Assembly (NCBI GenBank): GCA_004431415.1
Contig: QPMI01000484.1
Coordinates: 1 to 64,000 of the forward strand
Reading direction: 5' to 3'
Length of the DNA: 64,000 nucleotides
Origin: Cyanophora paradoxa CCMP329
Taxonomy: Eukaryota > Plantae > Glaucophyta
The stretch's first letter is position 1. Each line of letters starts with the position of its first letter. This document shows positions 34,659 to 46,226 of this stretch, one piece after another. The translations under genes were made by a program, and so were the position numbers. The notes below the pieces were generated by a model. It had not been told where the DNA came from. It saw nothing but the letters and a program-made list of their open reading frames with translations, and made no database searches.

Positions 34659-34736
34659 CGCCCAATATACCATTTTTTTGTATATATTTTTATAGCTGCC
34701 TCAGTGGCATACTGAGACCGCTTTTTCTCAATTATC

Positions 34737-34982
34737 TTATAGACCTGGGGGTCCATTGCTACTTTCAGTAGGCAAATAATATTTAATCGGTCTCCCTCTT
34801 GGTCTCTGCTCCTCTTTTTGGGCTTTTCTGCGATAATAGGATGCCAGGGCTTGCTGCTTTTTATACTCTCTATATGCTGGGTCCTCTCTATATCGTTTCT
34901 GCATTGCTAGAATGTGTCTAATAGAACCCTCAGTAACAGGTTCATCACTGGTAAACTCGATTAAACTAATAGTGTCCTCCAT
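34737..34982 (-). CDS. Small AT-hook-like protein
   Basis: RPRGRPIKY motif in an 81-aa basic ORF. Confidence 0.65.
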   Translation of the reverse strand: MEDTISLIEFTSDEPVTEGSIRHILAMQKRYREDPAYREYKKQQALASYYRRKAQKEEQRPRGRPIKYYLPTESSNGPPGL

Positions 34983-35237
34983 TTATATTCCCAGAGAAAA
35001 CGTTTTCTGCTGGCAGAGAACTTCTCCTTGGATACTCCTGTTGCTCATATGTATACTCTGTGGGTCTGCTGGCATTGACTCCACTGAAACTGTTGATCTC
35101 CTTCTCTCTCTTGCCTCAGATACATTATCCTCAGTATCTGACATCTCAAACTCTATTGTTGTGTCACAGCATCCACTGTGGCAATTGCTCACCACATGCA
35201 GACTGAGCATCTCAATAAACTTTCGTATTATATCCAT
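34983..35237 (-). CDS. Small Cys-cluster protein
   Basis: SNCHSGCC; conserved in A. Confidence 0.55.
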   Translation of the reverse strand: MDIIRKFIEMLSLHVVSNCHSGCCDTTIEFEMSDTEDNVSEARERRRSTVSVESMPADPQSIHMSNRSIQGEVLCQQKTFSLGI

Positions 35238-35259
35238 GTCTCTAATAAAACAGAGAAAA

Positions 35260-35994
35260 TTAAAGCCAAACTCGTCTTTTATATACTGTTGGGGCTACTC
35301 CCTTTTCGACTTCAGCTTTGGTGGCACCAGGTTCAATAGTTCCCTTCTGGGTCTTTGTTTTCATTTCATCTACTGCCTGCTCATCAATTTGGTTCTCTTT
35401 CTTAGCAATAAACTGTTTATCTGGGACACCAGTAATGCCCATTTTATAAACTTCCTTTCGAAGCATCTCCTTTAGCTTGGATCTCTCTTTCTTCTCAGTA
35501 ACATACTGCTCCAAGGCACTTGATTTGGCTTCCAGATCTTTGAGTTTAGCAGTCATCTCATCCCATTGAGCCTTGGGAATTCGATGAATATTTTGAGTGG
35601 GAGCAGTCTTGTATGTGACTTCACCAGCCATAGACTGAATTACCTTGTCTGATTCCTTACTAAGACCCTCACCTTTGCGAGCCAGTGAAAGATCTTGCAA
35701 GCCTAAACCTTTGTCATCAGCAGCCCCAATAATTCGCCTGGCACCCTCAGCAACAGCTTTCATTTTTGAGGCTTCTGGTGAGATGTTGAGTTGGTCACTG
35801 GTTGAAGCCTGTGGGGCTTTGTCATCAACTGATTCCTCATAGGCAGCATTGAGGGGGTCTTCTTCTTGCTGTGAGGGCTTCACCTCATTCATACCATTGA
35901 ATTTCATTGGTTCAGTATTAATGGATCCATTGTTTCCACCACCTGAATAGCCAACAGCCCCAGCTGGAATCCCTATCTTTCGTTTGGGAGGCAT
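35260..35994 (-). CDS. Hypothetical (possibly virion core) protein
   Basis: Intact 244-aa ORF next to the ATPase; conserved in A. Confidence 0.75.
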   Translation of the reverse strand: MPPKRKIGIPAGAVGYSGGGNNGSINTEPMKFNGMNEVKPSQQEEDPLNAAYEESVDDKAPQASTSDQLNISPEASKMKAVAEGARRIIGAADDKGLGLQDLSLARKGEGLSKESDKVIQSMAGEVTYKTAPTQNIHRIPKAQWDEMTAKLKDLEAKSSALEQYVTEKKERSKLKEMLRKEVYKMGITGVPDKQFIAKKENQIDEQAVDEMKTKTQKGTIEPGATKAEVEKGVAPTVYKRRVWL

Positions 35995-36022
35995 TGTATC
36001 TTTATTAGAATGAGAGATAATT

Positions 36023-36805
36023 TTATAAACCGCGTTTATATCGCATCAATTTATTGCTATGGACTTGGCTTTTCACTTCTTTAGGGGCTTCCTCTTTCTC
36101 TGGTGGTTTCAGTTCATCTTCTTTCTTCTTGGGCTTCCTGTGGAAGCGAGGAAAATCGAAATCTCCAACTAAATCGGCTTTATCAACATAGTAGCCCACA
36201 TTATACTTGAAAGATGTATAAACAAGGAACTGGTATGAGTGGACATACTCTTCAAACAGTTGATAGAAATCTTCTTTTCGAGGAAATGTCGAAAACTCCT
36301 CTGCAAATGCTTCCAGCTCTTTTTGATTGCTTGCACAAACCATAATTACTATATCACTATTGCAGCGAATTACACTTGCAACCTTTCGTAATTTCTGAGA
36401 GATAGTTATTATTGATATATTCACATGTCTGCCACGAACATAAAGCATTCCAACTGTTTTATCTCGACTGAGATCCAGCTGGTCATTTTCTATCATATCC
36501 TCTAAAATCACCAGCATATGGTTAAGTTCTTCTCCTTTCTCCCTTTTTGCCTCTCTTTCTTTTATAATTTTCGACATGTATTGGGGATCCCATGCACCCA
36601 GTTGAACAGTAGCAGCTTTGTCCCAGAAATGTGAGAATGAGGTAGCGGATATAATAAGGGTTGTATCAATCTTTTTGGCATCATGCAGCTGTTTCAAATA
36701 ATATTTTACGGCTTCAGTTTTTCCGCATCCACTTTTACCTAGTATGAGTAGTCTGAAAGGGGGTTCTATCATTTCACCAGCATTAAATTCTTCCAGATCT
36801 TGCAT
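36023..36805 (-). CDS. A32/FtsK-HerA-type DNA packaging ATPase
   Basis: GKSGCGKT Walker A, LVILEDM Walker B, RGRHVNISIITISQ, IRCNSD. Confidence 0.93.
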   Translation of the reverse strand: MQDLEEFNAGEMIEPPFRLLILGKSGCGKTEAVKYYLKQLHDAKKIDTTLIISATSFSHFWDKAATVQLGAWDPQYMSKIIKEREAKREKGEELNHMLVILEDMIENDQLDLSRDKTVGMLYVRGRHVNISIITISQKLRKVASVIRCNSDIVIMVCASNQKELEAFAEEFSTFPRKEDFYQLFEEYVHSYQFLVYTSFKYNVGYYVDKADLVGDFDFPRFHRKPKKKEDELKPPEKEEAPKEVKSQVHSNKLMRYKRGL

Positions 36806-36870
36806 TGTTGTATATCTTTCTAAATAAGTACAGATAAAAATAATGCAGAGAGACTGAATATCGTAACAAT

Positions 36871-38239
36871 CTATAAATTAATTCTGCGTAAACCATCTTT
36901 GTCGACAATAAGGAAACTATGCATGAGAGCGCGAACATTAACATCAATTGTCTTATCTGAAGGCATGTAGAGGGTGAGGAATGAAGATGAGGAATTTGTC
37001 AGGTCAACAAATCCACTTTGAGCAATATTTCGAATTGCCTTTTCTCCATCAAGGCAGAATGGGAGTCCTGAAAGGACATAGCGATCAGCAACCTTATCCA
37101 TGTTAGAGCATTTGAAGGCATCAGCAATTAGCTCAGCACCTTTGAGTAGGGAAATTGGCTCAGTGGCAAAAAGTCGCTGTCCATTTATTTCAGTTGTGAA
37201 TGTGATGTCTTTGGAGTTGGCATAGGTCTTAAGAACACTGTGGGAGCCATTGGATTTGTCAACAGTTTCATGATCACGAACTGAAACAAGCAGAGCATAT
37301 ACAAGACCTGAGATTTGAGAGAGGTTAATTCGATTGGGTTGGGCATTGCCCTTGGCAGGGAAAGCACTAGCATCTACAAATCCAATATCAAGGGAGGAAT
37401 AGCCATGCCAGTTGTCTTAACCTTTTCAATGACAGTAGCGAAAAGCTCATCAGAAACATTAATAGCATGCATGTAAAGGCGAGGAGAAGTAATAGAAATA
37501 ACAGGAGTTGTTGCACCAAGACTGAAAGTTGTGATATTTTGACCAACATGGGCAAGTGTGGCATTAGCAGTATCACCAAGACCATCATCTTCTGTCTTAT
37601 CAGCAACTGTCCCACCAACAACAGGGAGAGAGCGACCACCATAGGAAGTTTCAACATAACCCTTTCCAGCATCCTTAAACCAAACAGTAACAACCATTTC
37701 ACCAGATAAAGCACCAAGGGAAGGTAGTGATTTAGCCAAGGCACAGGGATTTCAACAAAGAATGAGCCACCAAGGCGGTTGGTTCCATGAGCAGGGATGC
37801 CATGAACCATGCCCATTGATCGCTTCTTTTTAGCTAGTTGATCCTCCGAATAATAGACCAGGGGGAAATGAGCAAGGAAATCAGATGGAATATGGTAGGT
37901 GTAAGATCCATAGGTAATTTCAAGTCGCTGAACTAAAGCACCAACTGGGCGAGTGTATCCATTGCGAACTAGGTCAGTATCACCAGCAAAAGTGATGGCT
38001 GGAAGGTCGAAAGCAAGTTCGAGTTTTCCACAGAAATTGTAGCGAGGTAGCTTGAAGGAAATGCGATTTCCAACATTATTCTCAAAAGTATTGCTGGGAT
38101 TCACAACAACTAGAACTGGCTTAGACTTGGATTCGAGACCAAGCATAAGGGAGTTATCCAGGAAAAAGGCTTTCGCCTCCTCTGGGGTTGTTAGGGCTTC
38201 TTTCAGCGAAAGTCTTTGAAGAGTGGAAGTGATATCCAT
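36871..38239 (-). CDS. Major capsid protein (double jelly-roll type); two frameshifts
   Basis: Same as the element A copy, with frameshifts mostly at different homopolymers. Confidence 0.8.
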
Positions 38240-38292
38240 TATATTCTCTTTTATTATACTGCAACATAAAAAATCTACCAATGATCCTTAAT

Positions 38293-39303
38293 TTATGCGA
38301 AGTTTGTAATAACTGGATAGGAAGGGTGAAGCTGTGACATTCGCATCTTGAAGTATTCATAAACTGGGTCCCCAGCTGGCTCATCACCATAGCGAATTTC
38401 AAAGGTAAGATGAACAGGTTGACCCTCAAAATCAATTGGTTCATTAATAGCATTTACAATATCAACCGAGAAAGTGGATAATCCAACCTTTTTATTATAG
38501 TATTTGTAAAGTGGGTGAGCTTCTGTTGAATTGTAAACAACATGCTCACCATAGTCTTTATCAGGGACCACTATTTTGTGAAAGTAACCAGTCAGAAGAC
38601 CATCCCCACATTGCACCAGATCACCCAGCTCCTTTACTCTCACAAACAAAACACTGTCCCTGGTCTTCTCAGGCTCAAAAGAAGATATAATGCCATTCAC
38701 GCGACCACCAGTAAAGATTCCATCAGTGAGAGCATCATAGACCTGTGATTGGATTGGGGAGTTACCATATCTTCCAGGATCAAGACCCAGCAGTCTAGCT
38801 GAACTCAACAGCTTTTGGATTGTTTGTTGGCTTGGGTTCACAGCTACTGAGAAAGCCAAGTAAAATGGTACTGCTGAGTGGAATATAATTCGTTTCAGTG
38901 ATTCATCCCATTTGCAGCGAATGGATGGTTGGGGATTTCTGCCTTCGAATTTAGAGTTAATTACATTCACCAGTTGCTGGTGGCTTTGGATGGGGGTGTT
39001 TCGACTTATAATGAATTGTTTCCATTGTTCATAGTCAGCAGCTGGGCGAGTTGTTGGAATTCCTGAGCTTCCAGCTCCTGGAGTTTGTTCCGAATAATAA
39101 ATACTAAATGTGTTATCAACTGTGACATCTCCTGCTTTGGTTTCACCACTCACCATAGGGATGCTGTTATAAAATTCGGCTGAGACCAGTCTCACAGCCC
39201 TCACATTCTCATAACTACTGGGGAGTCGAGCCACAAAGCTTGATGTGGGACCATCACCAGAGATTGTATTAAATGAGCTAACCTCGATGTAATCCACAGG
39301 CAT
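38293..39303 (-). CDS. Minor capsid (penton-like) protein 1
   Basis: Intact 336-aa ORF with penton-type N- and C-terminal motifs. Confidence 0.78.
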   Translation of the reverse strand: MPVDYIEVSSFNTISGDGPTSSFVARLPSSYENVRAVRLVSAEFYNSIPMVSGETKAGDVTVDNTFSIYYSEQTPGAGSSGIPTTRPAADYEQWKQFIISRNTPIQSHQQLVNVINSKFEGRNPQPSIRCKWDESLKRIIFHSAVPFYLAFSVAVNPSQQTIQKLLSSARLLGLDPGRYGNSPIQSQVYDALTDGIFTGGRVNGIISSFEPEKTRDSVLFVRVKELGDLVQCGDGLLTGYFHKIVVPDKDYGEHVVYNSTEAHPLYKYYNKKVGLSTFSVDIVNAINEPIDFEGQPVHLTFEIRYGDEPAGDPVYEYFKMRMSQLHPSYPVITNFA

Positions 39304-39332
39304 TCTTCTTTTATCTATATTTATATATTAAA

Positions 39333-40265
39333 ATGAACCGGCTCGTTAATATTGATAGCAGGGATAGAAGCCAAGGACAAAATGAAAACTCTTACAGGGT
39401 CACCCTCACAACTCCAGTAGAGAGACCAAGGGAATGTAGGGTTCTCTATGCAGAGATTCCAAACAGTATCTATAACAGTGTGGGAACTGATCATCTAACA
39501 GTTCAGTTTAATTACCAAGATGGTTCATATAACCAAGTGATCACACAACAAGTGTATCCCCTTCCCAGTGGCTACATCAATCAGGGTCATTTTGGGGTCA
39601 CACACCCTTATAATTATGGGCTGAACTATTCAAGCTTCCAAACTATTGCAGGCAAAACAGTAGCTTTTGAGTTCAAGATATTCTACAACCCAACAACCTA
39701 TAAAGTGGAGTTTTACAGTAACCATGAGTTTCGTTTTATTGCAAGCAACCAGAGAATAGGAAAGCTTTTGGGTGTAAGTTCTACTGAATACACTAATGGG
39801 TATTATAGCACTCCTCCTGTTGGTGGATCTCCATATCGACCTGAGAACCTTTTAAAGTATGATGGCAAACCTATTACACCTGATCACCCAGCATGGGGAA
39901 TCACCTTCTCAGGACCCAGACTCTCCTCTAAGCCCTTGCAATATTATTTTGACAGCAGGAAGATGTCTGATATGAATGCTGAGCAGTATCTGTACATGCA
40001 TATTAAAGAGCTGTCCCCCTTTGCCAGCAGACACAATATAATTCCAAAATCGCAACCACAAAACCAGGGAGCTATCCTTAGATTGCAATTGAGTAAAGAT
40101 ATAGGGGGCTATGTTTACCATAGTGGTGAACATGCAGAATTTATTCAAATCAATGACAGAAACCTGGTGATAAGGGAACTCACTGTGGAGTTTAAAGATT
40201 ACTTTGGTGAACTGATTGATATGAATGGAATCGATAATTCTTTTCAGTTGGAGTTTATCGAATAA
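39333..40265 (+). CDS. Minor capsid (penton-like) protein 2
   Basis: Intact 310-aa ORF, IDSRDR..DMNGIDNSFQLEF. Confidence 0.82.
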   Translation: MNRLVNIDSRDRSQGQNENSYRVTLTTPVERPRECRVLYAEIPNSIYNSVGTDHLTVQFNYQDGSYNQVITQQVYPLPSGYINQGHFGVTHPYNYGLNYSSFQTIAGKTVAFEFKIFYNPTTYKVEFYSNHEFRFIASNQRIGKLLGVSSTEYTNGYYSTPPVGGSPYRPENLLKYDGKPITPDHPAWGITFSGPRLSSKPLQYYFDSRKMSDMNAEQYLYMHIKELSPFASRHNIIPKSQPQNQGAILRLQLSKDIGGYVYHSGEHAEFIQINDRNLVIRELTVEFKDYFGELIDMNGIDNSFQLEFIE

Positions 40266-41810
40266 AGGCACCTGTAAAGTCAACTCTCATTGTGGGAGCA
40301 TTCACATACACAAGGGGATAAATGCGAATATATCTTATTCTCAGAGAATAACCTATGTAAAAAGCATCCTTGATGCTGAGAGGGAACCCACTCAATAGAG
40401 CCACATCACCAGAGTTGTGAGCATTGTTAATGTTCTCACAGACATATATTTTGTTTTGCCCATCTGATCGAATAAAAGACCAGTTGATCCCATCAGTGGA
40501 TGTTGCCACATTGAAAGTCTTAATATAAGCATTGGTGTCCCTGATCCATAGGCAATCACAGAAGAGAGTTCAAAAGTATATGGGAAAGCAACTTGAAGGT
40601 ATTCAGTGGGGGTTTCCCATATCTGTTCAGGAGCATAGGCTCCAGCTTCCCAGCCAAATGCTGAAGGTCTAGCCATGAAAGGCTCTTTACCTGTCACAGA
40701 GGATGAGGCAGTAAAGGCATCATCTGCAAGCTGATACCAATTAGCATCCAAAGGTGGTGATGTAGTGAGAGTGGATGAGATGTAAGCCTTTGTAGGGTTC
40801 TTTAGTTCATAGTTTGCTACTAGAAGGCTGCAAAGCTTATTGATCACATCATTGTTTGCTGCTATGTATGTTTCTGTGAAAGAAAGCATATCTGGGATTT
40901 TAGAAGTGTCATCCAGGGAGCTTACTATATGATTTGGAAGTGGGACTGATAGCCTATAGTATCTCCCATAATCCTGATCATAGTTGTAGGGTAACAACTC
41001 CTCCATCTTATCAAGGGCAGAAAGCTCACTTGCAGCCATGAGCATGTTAATCAATGGGCTTCCATCTGTTGAGGCAATCCATGAGAGAATGCCCCAGCTG
41101 TTCACAGTCTCATAAGCATAACCCACATAATCAGACTCTAAATGTGGGTCCACCTCTCCACAAGAGATGCTTATTACTATAATATCATCATCATCACTGT
41201 AAATCTTCTTTGCATGGCTGTAACCACACACACTGGGATTATTGTTTCCCGAAATGGCACCATCAATGAGACAGACAAATACTCCCCGATTGAAATCAAC
41301 AATGCTTACAGGAGAGAAATATGTAGGAGCAGCAGAGGTAGCCCTAGCAGCAATCTTACAAGGCAGAAAGCTGTAATTGTTATCATTTGTGATAAATATT
41401 GGTTTCATATTCTGAGTATCAAAGGATGTGATCACAATGTCCTTTAGGGAATCCTGTATTAGTGATTCCCCAGTAACTGAATTGATTGCAGTCTCCAAGG
41501 GTCCCACATCATACTTTGTGTTAAATAGGGCATTTTCAATGATATTTCGAGGATTTGCGAAAATCAAGGGCAGTTGAGTTAGGTAAATATTGTGTAAATC
41601 GTTTGCTGTCAGTTTAGGTTCACCTGGTCTATCAGGATGCCTTATATTCAAACCTATTGCAATGATCCCACCAGTGGAAGTTCCACTCACAAGATCCACA
41701 AGATCGATTATTCTCCTGCCAGTTCGATTTTCGATTTCTTTTAGCAGCCTGGTTATGATAATGCCCCTTGCACCCCCGCCAGAAAGACTTAAAACGACCT
41801 TGAGAGGCAT
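40255..41810 (-). CDS. Patatin-like phospholipase + F5/8 type C domain; one frameshift
   Basis: LSLSGGGARG, GTSTG, DGA motifs; discoidin C-terminus. Confidence 0.9.
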
Positions 41811-41853
41811 CTTTTACTTATCAGGAATTTTATAAATCCATATAGTAAAAGCC

Positions 41854-44800
41854 ATGAGCTTCAATTACCCACCAAATCTAGAAACCATTCAAGAGGATAA
41901 TGCAAGCAGCACCAAGCATGTGAACTTTGATAATATTAAAGTAAAGGGTTCAGTTTCAATTGACCACAGCTCTGATAATTCATCAAAGACTCAATCAAGG
42001 GAGCATGCTTTATCTGTGAATCAAACCGATCCAGATAAAGAGGAGGTCAGTGTTGCTTTTAGTTTGGGTAATGTGAAAGCAAACCAAGTGGCAGAGATCA
42101 AAGCAACAAGAAGGAGACCTAGGAAACTAAAAACCAGTGGCACTCACCCAGATATACCTTCCAGGTTCGATAGTGGTCGATTGATTTTCAATGTTCAAGA
42201 TGAGCAGGGCAAACAGAACACAGCTTTGCGAATTTACAATGAGGGCAGCACTCCAAAAGCTGAGGTCCCCCAAGTATTGCAAGTGGGTCCCATTGCCAAC
42301 ACAAATCAGGTCTCCTACACAAATGATGTCTACCCCAAGGATATTACATATGACTTTGCGAGGAATGAGCCTTTTGGGTTTTTTACTCCAAAAGATGTCC
42401 ATCAAAAAAAGCCATCAATTACAATCAACAGTAGCCCCAGTCAGCCAGTAGCAATCCATTTACACCCTGATTTAGTCGAAATGGATAGGCACCTTTTGCC
42501 TTTGTATAGCAATGTGAAAGACCTTGGAATTCGAACCAGGCAATGGCGAAATATCCATGGCAGCAATGTGTATGCAAATGGAGAGAAGCTTGTAAGTGAG
42601 AAAACCCTAAGAGAAATCATTGAGCATTATGGTCCCAATGGACCAACAGTCCCATTCCCTATTCCATTTCCAAATGGACCTCCCGATTTAACACCAAAGA
42701 AACAGCCTGGAAGAGAATACACAGCAACTGAAGATGTAGCCTTTGGGCAGCACATTGTTAGTTGGGAGCAAGTTCGCAATAAACCTATAATTGAACCAAA
42801 AAAGCAAATAGATGAGCAGTATTTACCTCCTGAAATCGATATATTAGAGCTTGATGAATATCAATTCGTTCCAGATGAGGAAGAATATTTACCAGATGGT
42901 TTTGACCCACAAGAATATGAATATGATCAGTTTGATCCCAATGAGGAGGAGATACTACCAGATGGCTTAGATCCACAAGAGTTTGAGTATGAGCAGAACT
43001 ATGAACCTGATGAGGAGTATTTGCCAGATGGGCATGATCCACCAGTTGTTGATTATGAGCAACCTTATGAACCCCATGAGGAATTATTACCAGATGGATT
43101 TCGACCTGAGATCTGGGAGTTCTTTCCTGATTATGAACAAATTAATAATAAACCTGCAAAGTATCCCCCAGAGGATCACAATCATGATTGGGATGAGATC
43201 TTAGGCAAACCTCAAAAGTATCCACCAGAGGATCACAGGCATGATTGGGGTGAAATTGATGGGATTCCAACTGAGTTCCCACCAAGCAAACATGAACATA
43301 TTTGGGATGAGATCAATGACCAACCAGAATTTGCAAAGGTGGAGCCTCTTGATAACTTGGGGGTTTCTCTTTACCAGACTTGTAATATCCCTGAAAGGAT
43401 CTTTTTGAATGAACACTATGTTCATGTGAATGGGACACTTGCAAATTCAGCTATGAGAGGACCACTTCATATTAGGACATTACCAGGCTCTTTTGAAACC
43501 CCACCACCACCAGGAGCAACCATACCAAATATCTTTGTGTCAAGCTACATGGAGGCTGACATTCCCACAGATACATTCAGAGTCCCAACAGACCCAGCAA
43601 CCTACCAAAATTACAACTCTGCTATACAGGTTCATGTAGCAGATGTAAGCAGCTTAGATGGCTCAAGACCAATGATAGTTTTCAGTCGAGATAAGTATTC
43701 CTACATTCCCATAGTGGGAACTGCAAATGATAATTATGGAAGGGCAGAGCTTGCATGGATTAAAACAGATTATGGTGGGGTTCTGGAAGCCAATCAAAGA
43801 ATGGCTGCAAAAAACATACACAATGAGAGCATTTCGAGAGTAGTCACAGAGGATTACCTTCAAGCTCAGAACTACATAGATGAAACAGAACTAAATACAA
43901 TCATTGCAGGTATAGGTATTGGTGTTACAGGCAATTACCTCCCTCTCACAGGTGGGACTATTGATGGAACAGTAACAGCATGTAACTTCTTTGTCCATAC
44001 TGAAAGCAATCAAACCTTTCCTGTGGTTCATCCAGGAGGTGAGTATGAGATACCTGATGATCCAGCTATTATGCCCATTAAGATTGATCTCCCTTCTGAT
44101 TATGTAGGAAGGGGTGAACTAAAGACCATCTCTTTCACAGGAGATTATAATGATCTCATAAATAAACCTACTGCTGCAAATCTGCATCCTGTTGCATTTT
44201 CGGGTAGTTTCCTTGATCTAAATAATAGATCACACACCCACACAAAGGCAGAAATCACAGATTTTGCACACACTCACACCAAATCACAAATTACAGATTT
44301 TGCACACTTCCACACAAGAGCAGATATCACAAATTTCGCTCACACTCATGTTAAATCAGAGATATTAGATCTCGGAAATGTTGCATATGTGGGTCACACC
44401 CATACCAAGGCAGAGATTACAGATCTTGGAAATGTTGCATATGTTGGTCACACCCACACAAAGGCAGAGATTACAGATTTTGCACACACTCATGATTGGA
44501 ATACAGATATCTATAACAAACCTGCAATTTTCTCAGGAAACTACAATGATTTGACCAATAGACCAACTCTTGATCCTTTCACAGCCACCACAATCAGAGC
44601 CAACAACACAATGTATGTAGGATCAGGTCAGATTGTAGAACCAGCAGGACCTATGTTTGAAGAAACATGGTTCTTCCACAATTCGCAGAATTACTTTGAT
44701 AAAACCTTACTTGTTCGTGGAAATGCCTATGCAAGAAATTTCTATGCTATGAACCCCTCAAATAATGCGACCATCAGTCGATGTATTACAGAGGCAGATC

Positions 44801-45114
44801 TTTCCAGTCAACTCAATGCATATTTTAATGGGAAAATCCAAGCAGGAACGTATGTTTACACTACTCCTTATCTTTGGGCAAATCCTGACCATAGGTTTAA
44901 CCTCACTATTAATTTCAACAGCAGCTTTGCTAACCCTCCTATTGTAACAACTGGTATACAACACAATGAGACAGCCTACTACTATCGAATGTATGTTAGG
45001 CTTAAACAAGTTTACAGTAGCTATTTCACTTGTGAGCTTGACATAGTTCCATTAAGTTCTTTTGACAGACCAGGATTTCCAGTTACAATTCATTACATTG
45101 CTGTCGCAATTTAA
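41854..45114 (+). CDS. Large fibre/spike protein, element B variant (H-type-lectin-like C-terminus)
   Basis: First ~670 aa nearly identical to the A fibre; then YLPLTGGTIDG, FTGDYNDL.NKP, HTHTKAEITDFA repeats and INFNSSFANPPIVTTG..IHYIAV. Confidence 0.85.
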   Translation: MSFNYPPNLETIQEDNASSTKHVNFDNIKVKGSVSIDHSSDNSSKTQSREHALSVNQTDPDKEEVSVAFSLGNVKANQVAEIKATRRRPRKLKTSGTHPDIPSRFDSGRLIFNVQDEQGKQNTALRIYNEGSTPKAEVPQVLQVGPIANTNQVSYTNDVYPKDITYDFARNEPFGFFTPKDVHQKKPSITINSSPSQPVAIHLHPDLVEMDRHLLPLYSNVKDLGIRTRQWRNIHGSNVYANGEKLVSEKTLREIIEHYGPNGPTVPFPIPFPNGPPDLTPKKQPGREYTATEDVAFGQHIVSWEQVRNKPIIEPKKQIDEQYLPPEIDILELDEYQFVPDEEEYLPDGFDPQEYEYDQFDPNEEEILPDGLDPQEFEYEQNYEPDEEYLPDGHDPPVVDYEQPYEPHEELLPDGFRPEIWEFFPDYEQINNKPAKYPPEDHNHDWDEILGKPQKYPPEDHRHDWGEIDGIPTEFPPSKHEHIWDEINDQPEFAKVEPLDNLGVSLYQTCNIPERIFLNEHYVHVNGTLANSAMRGPLHIRTLPGSFETPPPPGATIPNIFVSSYMEADIPTDTFRVPTDPATYQNYNSAIQVHVADVSSLDGSRPMIVFSRDKYSYIPIVGTANDNYGRAELAWIKTDYGGVLEANQRMAAKNIHNESISRVVTEDYLQAQNYIDETELNTIIAGIGIGVTGNYLPLTGGTIDGTVTACNFFVHTESNQTFPVVHPGGEYEIPDDPAIMPIKIDLPSDYVGRGELKTISFTGDYNDLINKPTAANLHPVAFSGSFLDLNNRSHTHTKAEITDFAHTHTKSQITDFAHFHTRADITNFAHTHVKSEILDLGNVAYVGHTHTKAEITDLGNVAYVGHTHTKAEITDFAHTHDWNTDIYNKPAIFSGNYNDLTNRPTLDPFTATTIRANNTMYVGSGQIVEPAGPMFEETWFFHNSQNYFDKTLLVRGNAYARNFYAMNPSNNATISRCITEADLSSQLNAYFNGKIQAGTYVYTTPYLWANPDHRFNLTINFNSSFANPPIVTTGIQHNETAYYYRMYVRLKQVYSSYFTCELDIVPLSSFDRPGFPVTIHYIAVAI

Positions 45115-45133
45115 CTATTTCGTAATTATAAAG

Positions 45134-46204
45134 ATGACCTCTCTATTAGAAATCCCAAACTATGAACTTGCAGCCAAATCACTTCATAGCACCTCTCATG
45201 GAGTAGTTGATTCAACACCTGGGTATATTTGCACTGAAACTTCAAGTAATACCTCTTTCACAGAGAATAATATACTCAGAGTCAAAGAAATTCGATGTGA
45301 TCGAAATGGAGGCAAGATAAGAACCACAGGAATTATTATCTCGAATAAAAATCAAGTTCAAGCAGGTCAAGTAGTCCCAGATTCAGCAGTGTATGATAAT
45401 GTGGGTGGATTCACCACAGCAAAGATAGTAACTTTCGATAACACAATAAATAATTCGGCTCTTGTTGTCAAGAGTGGAGGAGCATACATTGGAGATGGGG
45501 CAAATGTTGCAGGGACTGTAACAGCGAATCAATTAAATGTGAATGGGACAAGTTCATTTACAGGATTGATGACCTTCAATGGTGGACTCTTGGGAAATGT
45601 TAGTGTTGAAACTCGAAAAGCTACAACAAGAGTTAATGCACCTGAGATGGATAATGGGACAGATGCAAATGTGAATTATAAACGAAACGGAAATACCATT
45701 TTCACTCTCGAAAAGACAATAACAGATCTGAAAGCAATCACAATCCCGGAAAATAGTGGTCTGAAACGATCCTATTGTCCAAGAATGAATATATCAAGAC
45801 AAGCTCCTGGTTTGACAGGGTCCATAATACTTACAGCTGGAACACCCTTTAACTTTATAAATGGAGCTTATCTTGTAAACAATGAAGGAAACTTTTCATC
45901 CACAAAATTTACAGCTCCTGTTTCCGGAGTATATAGGGTGTTCTTTGCATGTATGAGAGCTGGCACAACCTCTTATACTCATATTGCTACCAGCATTTAT
46001 TTAAATGGAAATCCTACAACCATCCAAACAAGGGTTTCAATGCCGTCCGCAGGGATTTCTAATACATTTGTAACTCCAATTTCATATGAAATTTTACTTT
46101 CTGTTATTGAAGGTGACTCCTTTGATATACGCAATTCTTCTGGAGCCAGTCTTCAATTTGATATCAGATACTATTTTTCTTGTTATCTTGTTACTGCTAC
46201 ATAA
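45134..46204 (+). CDS. Short fibre-like protein with C1q-like head
   Basis: Shared N-terminal RVKEIRCDRNGG..SGGAYIGDG; C-terminal FTAPVSGVYRVF. Confidence 0.8.
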   Translation: MTSLLEIPNYELAAKSLHSTSHGVVDSTPGYICTETSSNTSFTENNILRVKEIRCDRNGGKIRTTGIIISNKNQVQAGQVVPDSAVYDNVGGFTTAKIVTFDNTINNSALVVKSGGAYIGDGANVAGTVTANQLNVNGTSSFTGLMTFNGGLLGNVSVETRKATTRVNAPEMDNGTDANVNYKRNGNTIFTLEKTITDLKAITIPENSGLKRSYCPRMNISRQAPGLTGSIILTAGTPFNFINGAYLVNNEGNFSSTKFTAPVSGVYRVFFACMRAGTTSYTHIATSIYLNGNPTTIQTRVSMPSAGISNTFVTPISYEILLSVIEGDSFDIRNSSGASLQFDIRYYFSCYLVTAT

Positions 46205-46226
46205 TATTATCTGTATAATATAAAGA

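Larger units (their letters stand above)
26662..34687. mobile_element. Element C: right-hand part of an unrelated Maverick/Polinton-like element
   Basis: Own penton fragment, pPolB and integrase; higher GC and unrestricted CpG contexts unlike A/B; ends in ~400 bp of non-coding repeats. Confidence 0.8.

Noticed and set aside
1479-41810. Numerous frameshifts as pseudogenisation or programmed frameshifting
   Set aside because: Where A and B can be compared they are mostly single-base losses in homopolymers at different positions in each copy (e.g. GATGGGGTG vs GATGGGGGTG), densest near the window start; long-read error is more likely. Real decay cannot be excluded without reads.
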